47,804 nucleotides of DNA from a virus (lineage: Duplodnaviria > Caudoviricetes), in the IMG/VR virus record IMGVR_UViG_3300030095_001639, positions 1 through 47,804 of that record. The stretch is one strand, 5' to 3'. Numbering within the stretch: position 1 is the first letter of the stretch; the number at the start of each line of letters is the position of its first letter. The notes beneath the pieces were generated by a model, which saw only the letters and a program-made list of their open reading frames with translations, was not told the origin of the DNA and did no database searches. Both the position numbers and the translations under genes were made by a program. Below are positions 9,313 to 18,789 of this stretch, piece by piece.

Positions 9313-11489
9313 TATCTTCTACCTCCCGGATGTATATCTAATCTAAACGTACCTAACTTCCAATCTTCTCCAGAAGTTGTGTTAGCAACTTTCATAGCGA
9401 TTGATCTTGCTCTTAATCTTGTATCTCGTTTTGTAGTCGAAGACGAGATTGTAAAATCTGTTGTAGTTTGGGAACTGTTTGGAAAGTTTTGAGTTGTAAA
9501 ACTTACTTGTGTATTTCCAACCTGATTAATAAAATCTGGTATAAACCTACTAATTCTCATTATATATTCTCCGTCTCCTCTTAAATCAGGGGCTCCTAAA
9601 GTTTGACCTGTTGAACTTCGTCTCTGTGTAATGTCAAAATCTCCTGATGTAATAGTTCCTATTACAGCCGTGACTACACCACCAGCGTTTACTTGATCGG
9701 TCCCTGTTTCGTGTTCATAGTATATCGTACAGCCATCAGTGTTTCCAACAACATCATAAGAGGTGTTACTACTAGAATCATAAAAAGTTGCATGTGGTTT
9801 TGCAAACACAGAAGAATCTTTCCACGCTGCTCTAGGTAAAGTTCCTGTAGTCCATATAGGTCTTTTACTTGAAGAGTCTAGGTAGTTATAAGTTACTACC
9901 CTGTCAATTACATTAGATCCATTTTGACAATAGAACCAGTTTATTTCTCCAAACAAATTGTTTAAACCACAGTTAATTAAATCTCTGGCTACAGTGTTGA
10001 TGTCATCGTATACATGATCTTCTACTAAACAAGGCATGGATCTTAACTGACCATCGTAAGTAAAGAAACCATTTTCTGACATCCAATAAGAAGAACCATC
10101 GACTTCTACACATGCGTTCTTACCTATTAATCCACAGTTAGTACCAACTTGTTCAAATGCAAATGTAAACGGTTGACCTACAAACTTCATAAGAAATAAT
10201 GCTGTGTCGGTCCAAACATAAATAGAGTCTCTACCTTTAATAGCTCCCATAATTTTAGAACCATCAGCTAATCTCTGTGTGCCTGCGGTGTTGGTTGCAG
10301 TGACTGTGTATGAATCTGTTTGATCAATACTTTCTTGAGAAGAGAATCGTATGAACATATCGTCTTGTGTAGATGACGTTCCTACAGTCGTCTCTGTTCC
10401 AAAAAATACTAAGTGTCTGTCTGGCGTAGATACCAATACATGACGAGAAGCAGTTGGTGCATTTGGTATGATAGTTGCTCTTGTTGATGTTGCTCCTCCG
10501 GCGGCTGCATCCCATTCAAAGCATGCTCCGTTATAAATTAATGCAATAAGTTTTGTTCCAAAATTATCTAATACCCATAAGCCCGGATCAATAGTAAAGT
10601 CAGCAGACGACGCATCACCCCAAGCTACAAAGTCAGATATATTGGTTACTGTCACTCCGGCACTGTGAGTGGCCTTTGTTGTTCCGTTTACTCCTCTTGC
10701 TCCACCACTTAAAGTTCCCGTGGACGTATCGTTATTTGTAAAACTAATGTCTTCAGTCCCTATTCTTATTTCTCCAGATGATGGGAACGCTGTGGTGCTG
10801 GCTAACACAATGTTCGTCGTAGTTGTGTCAGTTAATGCAGTGGACAACGTGCTAGTTGCTGGTCCGTTTGCAGTTCCACCATAGTTTGCAGTACCCCAAC
10901 CAAAACCACCTAGTTGTTGTGAAGGGCCAACATGATAATAAGCTAATACAGATGCAGATCCTGCTGCACTCAAAGGCGTCCCTGATTCTGCAGATGCCAT
11001 GGTAACAGTAAAAGTATTAAAAGACGGAACCGACGTCACCATAAATTTTATGTCTTCAAAAGATGCATTGGTATAAGTTGATCCGGTCAATCCACTTACA
11101 CTGTCAAATAAAACAATATCATCTTCTATTAAACCATGAGAGGTAACTGTGTTTATTGTTACAGTTGTTGAAGAAGATGTGCTGGTAAAAGTACAGCCCG
11201 TAAGTGTAGTTCTAATAGGGTGTATATCATAGTAAGTCCCACCAGAATAAACATATAAAATTTTATTTGTTCCTATGGCTGCGTATTTAATACCTGCATT
11301 ATCATCAAAGTGATGCAATGCTCTGCCTGCACCGGTCAGTTTATCTTGTCCTAGTTGTGACCAACCACCTATTTTCTCAGGTGTGCCATATCTAAAACGA
11401 ACATTATCACCATCAAACCATTGACCTTCGGCCCCTGTTTCAGTGACTTGTTTGTTGAATCCCGGTAAAAAACCTAGTTTTTGTAGCAT
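9312..11489 (-). CDS. Tail nozzle / DNA-stabilisation-like (tail tubular protein B, P22 gp10-type) protein
   Basis: About 725 aa, beta-propeller-like Trp/Gly/Asp content (W..GDNVRFRYG.PEKIGGW, IRFSSQE); position in the tail module; start chosen at MLQKLGF (11489) rather than 11516. Confidence 0.65.
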   Translation of the reverse strand: MLQKLGFLPGFNKQVTETGAEGQWFDGDNVRFRYGTPEKIGGWSQLGQDKLTGAGRALHHFDDNAGIKYAAIGTNKILYVYSGGTYYDIHPIRTTLTGCTFTSTSSSTTVTINTVTSHGLIEDDIVLFDSVSGLTGSTYTNASFEDIKFMVTSVPSFNTFTVTMASAESGTPLSAAGSASVLAYYHVGPSQQLGGFGWGTANYGGTANGPATSTLSTALTDTTTTNIVLASTTAFPSSGEIRIGTEDISFTNNDTSTGTLSGGARGVNGTTKATHSAGVTVTNISDFVAWGDASSADFTIDPGLWVLDNFGTKLIALIYNGACFEWDAAAGGATSTRATIIPNAPTASRHVLVSTPDRHLVFFGTETTVGTSSTQDDMFIRFSSQESIDQTDSYTVTATNTAGTQRLADGSKIMGAIKGRDSIYVWTDTALFLMKFVGQPFTFAFEQVGTNCGLIGKNACVEVDGSSYWMSENGFFTYDGQLRSMPCLVEDHVYDDINTVARDLINCGLNNLFGEINWFYCQNGSNVIDRVVTYNYLDSSSKRPIWTTGTLPRAAWKDSSVFAKPHATFYDSSSNTSYDVVGNTDGCTIYYEHETGTDQVNAGGVVTAVIGTITSGDFDITQRRSSTGQTLGAPDLRGDGEYIMRISRFIPDFINQVGNTQVSFTTQNFPNSSQTTTDFTISSSTTKRDTRLRARSIAMKVANTTSGEDWKLGTFRLDIHPGGRR

Positions 11490-11534
11490 TATCTCACTAT
11501 ATATAAGTAGTGCCAAGATTCAATGTTAAAAAAA

Positions 11535-12206
11535 TTACATCTCTTGGTTCTTTTTCATCTCAGGTATACCCCACCTTATTCCTTTATCAAGTTTTAAATC
11601 ATTAAAAAAACCAACTAAAGTAAGCCTATCCCCTTTGTCTTGTTTACTAACCATATTGTGAGCAAAATGATATTGAGAAGAATCAAAAATAAACACCCTG
11701 TTTTTCTTAGAGTTTACTCTAATGCTTTCTTCAAACTGACTGTTGTTGTCTAACAGTTTTTCTCTAAACTCAGGTGCTTTACCTGTTCTATTTCTCATGT
11801 TTTTAATAGGTACATGTTTAACATATGAAGTTAAAGATTTTGGCAAAGCTATTGATGTTCCTACATCCGTGTGATCTGAAAGATAGATCATAACAGTAAA
11901 CAAATAAGGATGATCATGGTGAACCCAGCCTTCTGTAAATTCTTTTTCTTTCTTATCCATTTTAATTTTTTGAAAAGTAAAAGTTCCATCCCACGACATA
12001 TCGTAGTTATCAGTTGGGTACATTAAAGAGATTACTTTTTTACATACCTTGGTCCATAAAACTCTGTTTACTAGCTCTAACGGTTCTGATCTTACACCAG
12101 GCCATTTACCTTCTGGGTCCGGTTTATAAGGTAATGAATTAGCAATTTTTATAATGTCATCACAATCATCAAAAAAATTATCAGCTATTATATTTGGAAC
12201 TAGCAT
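11535..12206 (-). CDS. 2OG-Fe(II) oxygenase family protein
   Basis: GWVHHD (HxD), distal FDSSQYH and RLTLVGF. Confidence 0.75.
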   Translation of the reverse strand: MLVPNIIADNFFDDCDDIIKIANSLPYKPDPEGKWPGVRSEPLELVNRVLWTKVCKKVISLMYPTDNYDMSWDGTFTFQKIKMDKKEKEFTEGWVHHDHPYLFTVMIYLSDHTDVGTSIALPKSLTSYVKHVPIKNMRNRTGKAPEFREKLLDNNSQFEESIRVNSKKNRVFIFDSSQYHFAHNMVSKQDKGDRLTLVGFFNDLKLDKGIRWGIPEMKKNQEM

Positions 12207-12784
12207 TAGTAATTATAAGATAGAGTCATTCGTTTGTTTTCTTTTAAACTTGGTGGAACAAAGTGTCTAATATCTGACCTAAAGATTAGTAGTTGTCCAG
12301 GTATAGGTTTAAAGTTTACTGTGTTGTAAGTCATGTCATTAAATCCTTCTCTTTCGTGTGGTGGCGTCATTTCTGAATTAGGGTTTTCGAAATATAACGG
12401 AGAAGAATATTCATTAGATTGTAAAAACAATACCGCACTATAAGTAGAGTGTGCATGAATGTGCGCTTCTTGATAGTGAAATGTTTTACTATATATGTTT
12501 ATCCATCCTCCTAAAGGTTGGTATGTATATTTAGATAAAAATTCTTTGTTGTATAGATTAACATGTTTTGTTATTTTTTCTGTAACAAAATTAAAACTTG
12601 AGTCTTTAACAATATCATATGTTCTTATGGTGCTATAGGTTTGATTAATAAAAGGATTTTTAGTGTCCGGTATTTTTTTAGATATCTTATTAGACAAATT
12701 AATTGCTTTTTTTATTTGTTGTTGATTTAAACAATCTTCCTCTACATAAACACACGTAGGAAAAAACTTATGCGTCTGACTCAT
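12206..12784 (-). CDS. 2OG-Fe(II) oxygenase, TIGR02466-like
   Basis: WINIY..HYQEAHIH..YSAVLFL, PGQLLIFRSDIRHFVPP, RMTLSYN. Confidence 0.8.
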   Translation of the reverse strand: MSQTHKFFPTCVYVEEDCLNQQQIKKAINLSNKISKKIPDTKNPFINQTYSTIRTYDIVKDSSFNFVTEKITKHVNLYNKEFLSKYTYQPLGGWINIYSKTFHYQEAHIHAHSTYSAVLFLQSNEYSSPLYFENPNSEMTPPHEREGFNDMTYNTVNFKPIPGQLLIFRSDIRHFVPPSLKENKRMTLSYNY

Positions 12785-14309
12785 AAAATTTATCTTTCAA
12801 AAAATCGTAAAGACTGGGTAGATCTTTAACACTGTTGTCCCATATTTTTTTTCTTCTTTCAAGGTTTTTAATTTGTGATTCCCATATTTCTCTTCCTTTT
12901 ACTTCAGAAGAATAATTGTTGTAACAGATAGAAGACTCATCACATGGAGCCCAATTAAAACCTGCACTTATTGCAGATAAACCAGAGTTAAGTGGAAACT
13001 GAAAATCAATAAACTTTCCCCTAACTGATTGTAGTAAACCATTTTGATAATCATTTTTTAAATTAATTATACTACTGGACCATTGTTTGTTTTTTTGGTA
13101 TCTCCAATACTCACTGTCTTCTCTAACGGTAAAGGCATAGTGCAAAGCTACAAACTCTGCAAAATTTTTAAATGTTAATTTGCATATATGTGTAAAAGAA
13201 TCCTTGTCTAATTGATTAACTTCTCCTCTCTCTAAAACCCTACATAAATGATGTAAAAATTCATGCACAGAAAATAAACCATTACTTTCTAATGGCTCTA
13301 TAAATCCTGCCGACAAACCAATGCCTACAACATTCTTAACCCATAATTGGTTATGAATACCAACACGCATATCTATCTTTCTAAACTCTAATTTGCTAAC
13401 ATCTGTTTTATTTTTTAAGTGATCTTTAAATTCTTTTAAGGCTTTTTCTTCTGTGGTAAATTTTTTAGAAAATACATAACCAGTTCCTACTCTAGCCCAC
13501 AAGGGTATATTCCATACCCATCCATTTTTTAAAGCCGTACAGTTTGTATAAGGAACTAATTCTTTTTTCTTGTTCTTGTAAGGCATTCTAGTAGCCCACG
13601 CTGTATCGTTAGGCAATAGATCAGAGTATGACTCAAATGGTATCTTCATTGTCTTATCTAAAAGCAATGATTTAAATCCTGTACAATCTATATACAAATC
13701 AGCCTTGTGTTTGTTTAATGACACTATGCCGTCTTTGTTTGTTTTTATATCGTCAATGTCCTCTACAACATGTTTAACACCTTTTGGTTTACAGAAATAA
13801 TCTCTTAACCAAATACCAAATTTAGTTGCATCAAAATGATATGCGGTATCTGTGTGATAATTAAAAGGCAGCTCGTGTATTGGTTCGTCAGTCATTTTGT
13901 TTTGATTTACCAGAGCCATTGCGGGATACATTGTATCTGCAAAATCTGTTTGTTTAGTTTTAGGATAAAGAATTTTTTTAAACCACCAATCATTAGTTTC
14001 ATTAATGTTGCCTTTAATGTGTGCACCACCAAATGGATAATGAAAGTGAGTTCCTTTTTTATAGAAGTCTGTAAATTTTATACTTAGCTTTAAAGAAGCA
14101 CCAGTTGCTTTTATAAAAGACTTTTCATCTAAACCTATAAAAGATGTCCAGTTTTTTATTTGACCTAGTGTGCTTTCTCCCACACCGACTGTAGGTGTGT
14201 TTGGAGATTCTATAACAGTAATATTTTTTGTAGGAAAACGTTTACACAAAGTTGCTGCTGTCATCCATCCAGCAGACCCACCTCCCAATACAATTATATT
14301 TTTAATCAT
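12768..14309 (-). CDS. Flavin-dependent tryptophan halogenase family protein
   Basis: GGGSAG FAD motif, GVGEST, conserved Lys region (LKLSIKF), AYHFDA, IDCTGF, WVWNIPL (WxWxIP), GFIEPLES. Confidence 0.9.
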   Translation of the reverse strand: MIKNIIVLGGGSAGWMTAATLCKRFPTKNITVIESPNTPTVGVGESTLGQIKNWTSFIGLDEKSFIKATGASLKLSIKFTDFYKKGTHFHYPFGGAHIKGNINETNDWWFKKILYPKTKQTDFADTMYPAMALVNQNKMTDEPIHELPFNYHTDTAYHFDATKFGIWLRDYFCKPKGVKHVVEDIDDIKTNKDGIVSLNKHKADLYIDCTGFKSLLLDKTMKIPFESYSDLLPNDTAWATRMPYKNKKKELVPYTNCTALKNGWVWNIPLWARVGTGYVFSKKFTTEEKALKEFKDHLKNKTDVSKLEFRKIDMRVGIHNQLWVKNVVGIGLSAGFIEPLESNGLFSVHEFLHHLCRVLERGEVNQLDKDSFTHICKLTFKNFAEFVALHYAFTVREDSEYWRYQKNKQWSSSIINLKNDYQNGLLQSVRGKFIDFQFPLNSGLSAISAGFNWAPCDESSICYNNYSSEVKGREIWESQIKNLERRKKIWDNSVKDLPSLYDFLKDKFYESDA

Positions 14310-15765
14310 TTACAATTAATTTACCTACCTCTGGTAAGTAACAATATTTTAGTTCTGTTTTATTCATCATTTCTTTAACGTCATCTAAAGTTTCTACAAT
14401 TGTATGACCAGGCATATTTAAACTAGTGTTTAAAACAATAGGTAGATTACTTAAGCTTTCGAATTCTTTTATTAATTTATAGTAATGTTTATTAAAATCA
14501 ATAGATAATGTTTGAATTCTACTGTAACCATCTACAGAAGATATGTTTTTTAAACGTTTATCTTTTGTTTTAAACATAAACATCATATATGGATTGGATA
14601 TTTCGTAACCTTCTATTATAGGAATTTCAAAATATTTGTCTTTGCTTTCATTTAATACAGTTCCAGCAAAAGGTCTAAACCATTCTCTCTTTTTTATTTT
14701 ATTTACTTTAGCCACACAGTCCTTATCTAATGGATTCATTAATAAAGATCTGTTGCCTAACGCTCTTTGACCTTGTTCTGATTTACTTTGAAATATAGCC
14801 ACAGGTTCTTTTAAAAGTATTTTAGCTACATCATTATAATTAACATCTATTACCTTTTTAAACATAAAAGTATCTAGTGATTGATTAAACCCTATGTAAA
14901 TACCTTTGTATGGTTTTAATTGATTGTAATAATTAGCTGCACCTAAACTAATTCCAAAATCTCCATTAAACGGATCTGGCAATATAACATTAAAAACATT
15001 GTCTTGAAGCTTTGTATTGTTAACAATGTTTTGTGCAAAACCACCACTAAGGCAAACAAAAGAATATCTGTGTGAGTACTGATGTGTCCACATCTTAAAC
15101 AAATCAAACGTGTGATCTTCAAATACTTTCTGTATCGTGGCAGCAGTATCTTTATCCGATAAACTAGAAGGTGAATAAGTTAAACAGTAGTTGTTGTATA
15201 TTTGATTATATAGTTTGTCATCTACCTTTCCATAACTAGCTAAGGCCATTGTCTTTCCCTCTTCAAATAAATCAAAACCAATGTCCAATGTATATTTAGA
15301 ATATAGGTGACCAATGTTTGTTTTATCTAGTGTAGTTATTTGAGATCTTTTTATAAACATTTGATCATTCATTTTTTGATAAAAACTTTCTGTTTCATTC
15401 TCTGCACCAGATTCATCACACACAATAAAATCCCACGCACTAGCATATACATATCTAGAGGAATACGCATGATAAAGATGGTGATTTCTAAAATCATACA
15501 TTACTTCAGTATCTTTATTAATTATGTTAAATTGTTTTAAAAAAGACATCCACTCTTTAAAATGATTTTGGTTTTGTAGGAATGTAATAAAAACTTTATC
15601 AAACTTTATCTTAAGACCTAATATTTTTTCTATAACTAAATAACTAGGAAGACCGGAGTTCTTATATCTGTTAAACCTATCTAGTTGTGCATGCACAATA
15701 ATTTCGTTATCACTAACAATAGTTATAGACCCATGGTGACTAGCATGAATAAATATACTATTCAT
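14302..15765 (-). CDS. Carbamoyltransferase (NodU/CmcH family)
   Basis: HHLYHA, EGKTMALASYG, SGGFAQN, RALGNRS, KREWFRPFA, LNTSLN. Confidence 0.9.
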   Translation of the reverse strand: MNSIFIHASHHGSITIVSDNEIIVHAQLDRFNRYKNSGLPSYLVIEKILGLKIKFDKVFITFLQNQNHFKEWMSFLKQFNIINKDTEVMYDFRNHHLYHAYSSRYVYASAWDFIVCDESGAENETESFYQKMNDQMFIKRSQITTLDKTNIGHLYSKYTLDIGFDLFEEGKTMALASYGKVDDKLYNQIYNNYCLTYSPSSLSDKDTAATIQKVFEDHTFDLFKMWTHQYSHRYSFVCLSGGFAQNIVNNTKLQDNVFNVILPDPFNGDFGISLGAANYYNQLKPYKGIYIGFNQSLDTFMFKKVIDVNYNDVAKILLKEPVAIFQSKSEQGQRALGNRSLLMNPLDKDCVAKVNKIKKREWFRPFAGTVLNESKDKYFEIPIIEGYEISNPYMMFMFKTKDKRLKNISSVDGYSRIQTLSIDFNKHYYKLIKEFESLSNLPIVLNTSLNMPGHTIVETLDDVKEMMNKTELKYCYLPEVGKLIVND

Positions 15766-16370
15766 TTTTTTGGATTTTCATCGTAGTTGGGTGGATAAGG
15801 ATATCCAAGGCAAGGTCTTTTGTCCCAAAGGTTTTTATCTCTAGCATCGTTATAATGAAGAAAAGTCTGTCCACACTGTGTGCCTAAAAAAACATCTCGC
15901 CAATGAGGTAGCTTACATCCTTTGTAAATTAATAAGTCTCCTGGTTTTAAATTAATTGTGACTTGTTTTTTATTTGAAATTAAATGAAATGGCCAAGGGT
16001 CTCCACCTAAGTTTAAAGTAGCAGAATATTCACAAGAAAATCTGTCTATGTGTTTTGCTAAGATGTCATATTTTTTATACAATCTAACAAAAGAATAAGT
16101 TTCTATTACTTTAACTCCAACCTTTTTTTCTATTAAAGGTTTTATTTTTGTTAGGATTTGTTCCATAACTAAATCCGAATAACATACGTAAGTGTTTGGA
16201 ACTTGGGGGTCAGAGTAGTGTCCCCACTCTTTAGAAAAATAAGGTATGTCTTTGTTTGCAAATAAACAATCGGCTACTTTCTTTTTCATTAATAAATGTT
16301 GATAAGCAAACCCACAGAGTTCTTTAGATAGCGCTTGTTTTACAATAGCGTATTTATTTTTTTTCCACAT
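15762..16370 (-). CDS. 2OG-Fe(II) oxygenase family protein
   Basis: RLY....LAKHIDRFSCEYSATLNL (HxD), PGDLLIYKG..PHWR, FLHY. Confidence 0.75.
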   Translation of the reverse strand: MWKKNKYAIVKQALSKELCGFAYQHLLMKKKVADCLFANKDIPYFSKEWGHYSDPQVPNTYVCYSDLVMEQILTKIKPLIEKKVGVKVIETYSFVRLYKKYDILAKHIDRFSCEYSATLNLGGDPWPFHLISNKKQVTINLKPGDLLIYKGCKLPHWRDVFLGTQCGQTFLHYNDARDKNLWDKRPCLGYPYPPNYDENPKK

Positions 16371-16917
16371 CTTCCTGCCATCTTTCTATATTCTGTCCTT
16401 TAGAAAAATTTAAAGAAAAAACAAATAACGATTTAGTCTTACCAAGGTTCATTATAGCGTGACTTAAATAACTTGGAAAAAATAATATGTCCCCCTCTTT
16501 TATAGTAAGGACATTTACTTTTTTCTCTATTGAGTTAAACCATTTTAATTCAAACTTTTTATCAGGCATATCAAAAGCATATACTCCTACAAAATTGCAA
16601 TTGTATGTTCCCCAATCTGTGGCATCGTTTTTTTTCATATTAACATAAAATAAGTTGGGGACATCAACGGATAAGTATCCCAAAGATTTTGTCATGTATT
16701 GAATAGGTGGGTCTAACAATTTAATTAATTCAACTTGATAGGGTCTTGGAACAGTCCAGGGTATAAGATAGTCTGTTTGACTAAGATGCATCTGTGTGTT
16801 TATTACAGGTTCAAAAGAACTTTTCTTTAACAGTCCTTGTATTTTTTTCTTAGCTTTTTTATGACCTTTAACAGTGTATTCTACATAAGGCATAAATATA
16901 GTATTAATCTTTATCAT
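16354..16917 (-). CDS. Degenerate 2OG-Fe(II) oxygenase-like (DSBH) protein
   Basis: Keeps NFVGVY and EGDILFFPSYLSH but has DWGTY where HxH/HxD is expected. Confidence 0.6.
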   Translation of the reverse strand: MIKINTIFMPYVEYTVKGHKKAKKKIQGLLKKSSFEPVINTQMHLSQTDYLIPWTVPRPYQVELIKLLDPPIQYMTKSLGYLSVDVPNLFYVNMKKNDATDWGTYNCNFVGVYAFDMPDKKFELKWFNSIEKKVNVLTIKEGDILFFPSYLSHAIMNLGKTKSLFVFSLNFSKGQNIERWQEDVEKK

Positions 16918-17531
16918 TTAAATTTATCTCCTAAATACCAGCCCACCAAAGAGAACCTGGTTCCTTTAGTAATAGGTTCAACTTTGTGCCACACAAAAGA
17001 TGGAAACACTACCAACGTCCCTATTTCTAAATTATGTTTAATTTCTTTCTTTTTCATTTGGTTGTCTATGTACGAAAAACATAGATCTCCTCCTTTATAT
17101 TTCTTTTTATCTGATAAGACAAGAGAAAAAGAAAGCTTTCTATACAACCCAGCATACTCATGTCCTTGAGGAAAAGAGTCTTTAAAACAATCTTGATGCC
17201 AATCATAATGTTCACTTACATCGTATTTAGTAAATTGAAATGATTCGTTATCTGATATATCAAAATTCCATTGTGATTGTTTATTAGCATCAAATATATA
17301 AGGATTAATTAAAATATTAATCCATCTATGATCTTTAAAAAATGAAACTTTTGAGTCTCTTATTTTTTTAAAAGATTTATTTTTATTTAAAAATGGAGAT
17401 TGTTTTGTATCTGCAGACAAACCAGTCTCTCCTTTAATAGGTCTAGTTTGTAACCCTTCATCTATAATATACTTACATATTCTTTCGGGAATAGCCCTAG
17501 GGTATACCCTACACTGATCAATCAGTTGCAT
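16914..17531 (-). CDS. Prolyl-4-hydroxylase-like (PKHD-type) 2OG-Fe(II) oxygenase
   Basis: QFTKY...HYDWHQD, RKLSFS, YKGGDL, VFPSFVWHKVEPITKGTRFSLVGW. Confidence 0.9.
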   Translation of the reverse strand: MQLIDQCRVYPRAIPERICKYIIDEGLQTRPIKGETGLSADTKQSPFLNKNKSFKKIRDSKVSFFKDHRWINILINPYIFDANKQSQWNFDISDNESFQFTKYDVSEHYDWHQDCFKDSFPQGHEYAGLYRKLSFSLVLSDKKKYKGGDLCFSYIDNQMKKKEIKHNLEIGTLVVFPSFVWHKVEPITKGTRFSLVGWYLGDKFK

Positions 17532-17540
17532 AAATCCTTT

Positions 17541-18038
17541 CTATATATCTATATATGTAGAACTAGATGGATCCCAATACTTAACTGCAGGTCCATCTGC
17601 TGTCTCTCTTAATACAAATCTTAAATTATCTTCTTCCCAACTTACTAATAGGCCTCCTGTGTCTACTATTTGATATGCAACAGGTGGTTCATATATTCCA
17701 GTTGTTGTGTTTAAAACATAACTAGCAGGAGCACCATTTCTTTGGCTTGTAAATGTTTCACCTACAGGGTCCCAAATATCAGAAATGTTTGCAATTTTTC
17801 TTCTCCAATTGCCGACATCATCATAAGCTCTGCTTTGTTTCCAAAAAGTATCTGGGTAAACTCCTCCATTTTGAGAAAGTATAAAAGAATCTTGAGCTAC
17901 AATAGTTGAAAGATATGTTTCAACTGAAGTATCTCCAGGATTACTTTTAACATCAACTCCGTTAATTACATCCTCTTCTTCAATTACTCTTATAACTTCG
18001 TTATTTGAAGTTTTTATTTCTGCAAATCTAGTTGTCAT
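17541..18038 (-). CDS. Tail-fibre-associated protein (putative chaperone/accessory)
   Basis: FAEI...N.VIRV, WKQ, WDP...F and PPVAY pattern recalled from genes downstream of Gly-rich fibre genes in marine phages. Confidence 0.5.
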   Translation of the reverse strand: MTTRFAEIKTSNNEVIRVIEEEDVINGVDVKSNPGDTSVETYLSTIVAQDSFILSQNGGVYPDTFWKQSRAYDDVGNWRRKIANISDIWDPVGETFTSQRNGAPASYVLNTTTGIYEPPVAYQIVDTGGLLVSWEEDNLRFVLRETADGPAVKYWDPSSSTYIDI

Positions 18039-18040
18039 GA

Positions 18041-18772
18041 TTACCCTACGTACGAAGAAGAACCTGTTGAAGTGTAGTGGTGTATTGTGTTACCACCTGA
18101 ACTACTTACAGTTCCTCCCGTCCCTTGTTGTGGTCCTGAATAACTAATTACTACTGTCCCTGGAGCTCCGTTACTTGTTGATCCCCAGTGAGCACCGTTT
18201 CCTCCATGTCCCGTATTATTAGGAGCTGCTGATGAGCCACCGTTCTTATTTCCACCGCCAGCGTAATTAACCGATGATCCGGTTATACTATTACTTTGTG
18301 AAGCGCCTGATCCTGTACCATTAATACCGCCGCCCGGTCCACCTGGTGATCCACTTGAACCTTCAGATGGACTATAACCACCCGCGTTTCCAGATCCGCC
18401 CGATCCTCCTCCCGAATCTCCAGCTCCTCCGCCAGATCCTCCAGATGATCCATTACGACTAGACTCATGTCCGCCCGCTCCTCCACCAGTGGAAGAGAAA
18501 GGTCCAAAAGTACTATTACTGCCATTAGGTGGTCTTGAATTAGCTCCTACACCGCTTGATCCCGCACCCACTACTACTGGATATGATGTTGATGGTACGA
18601 TAGTTAGAGTTCCAGTTCTGTATCCACCAGCTCCTCCTGATCCTCCTGATAAATTTGAACCTGCAGATCCACCCGCTGCTACCAGCCAGTTGACATCATA
18701 AGGACCTCTGCCGCCTTGTTGTTGGCCAAAACCTCTTGAAGATGCTGCGCCTCTTGTTGCTATTAAAGGCAT
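18041..18772 (-). CDS. Glycine-rich tail-fibre tip-like protein
   Basis: MPLIATRGAASSRGFG N-terminus, LVAAGG..GGAGGY, STGGGAGG, GGSGGGAG, G.VVISY, TIHHYTSTG. Confidence 0.7.
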   Translation of the reverse strand: MPLIATRGAASSRGFGQQQGGRGPYDVNWLVAAGGSAGSNLSGGSGGAGGYRTGTLTIVPSTSYPVVVGAGSSGVGANSRPPNGSNSTFGPFSSTGGGAGGHESSRNGSSGGSGGGAGDSGGGSGGSGNAGGYSPSEGSSGSPGGPGGGINGTGSGASQSNSITGSSVNYAGGGNKNGGSSAAPNNTGHGGNGAHWGSTSNGAPGTVVISYSGPQQGTGGTVSSSGGNTIHHYTSTGSSSYVG

Positions 18773-18789
18773 ATTCTATATCTCCCCTA

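Noticed and set aside
18041-18772. GG dipeptides in the Gly-rich fibre protein as instances of the GG tag
   Set aside because: Explained by overall glycine richness; they lack the hydrophobic-x-x context and terminal placement
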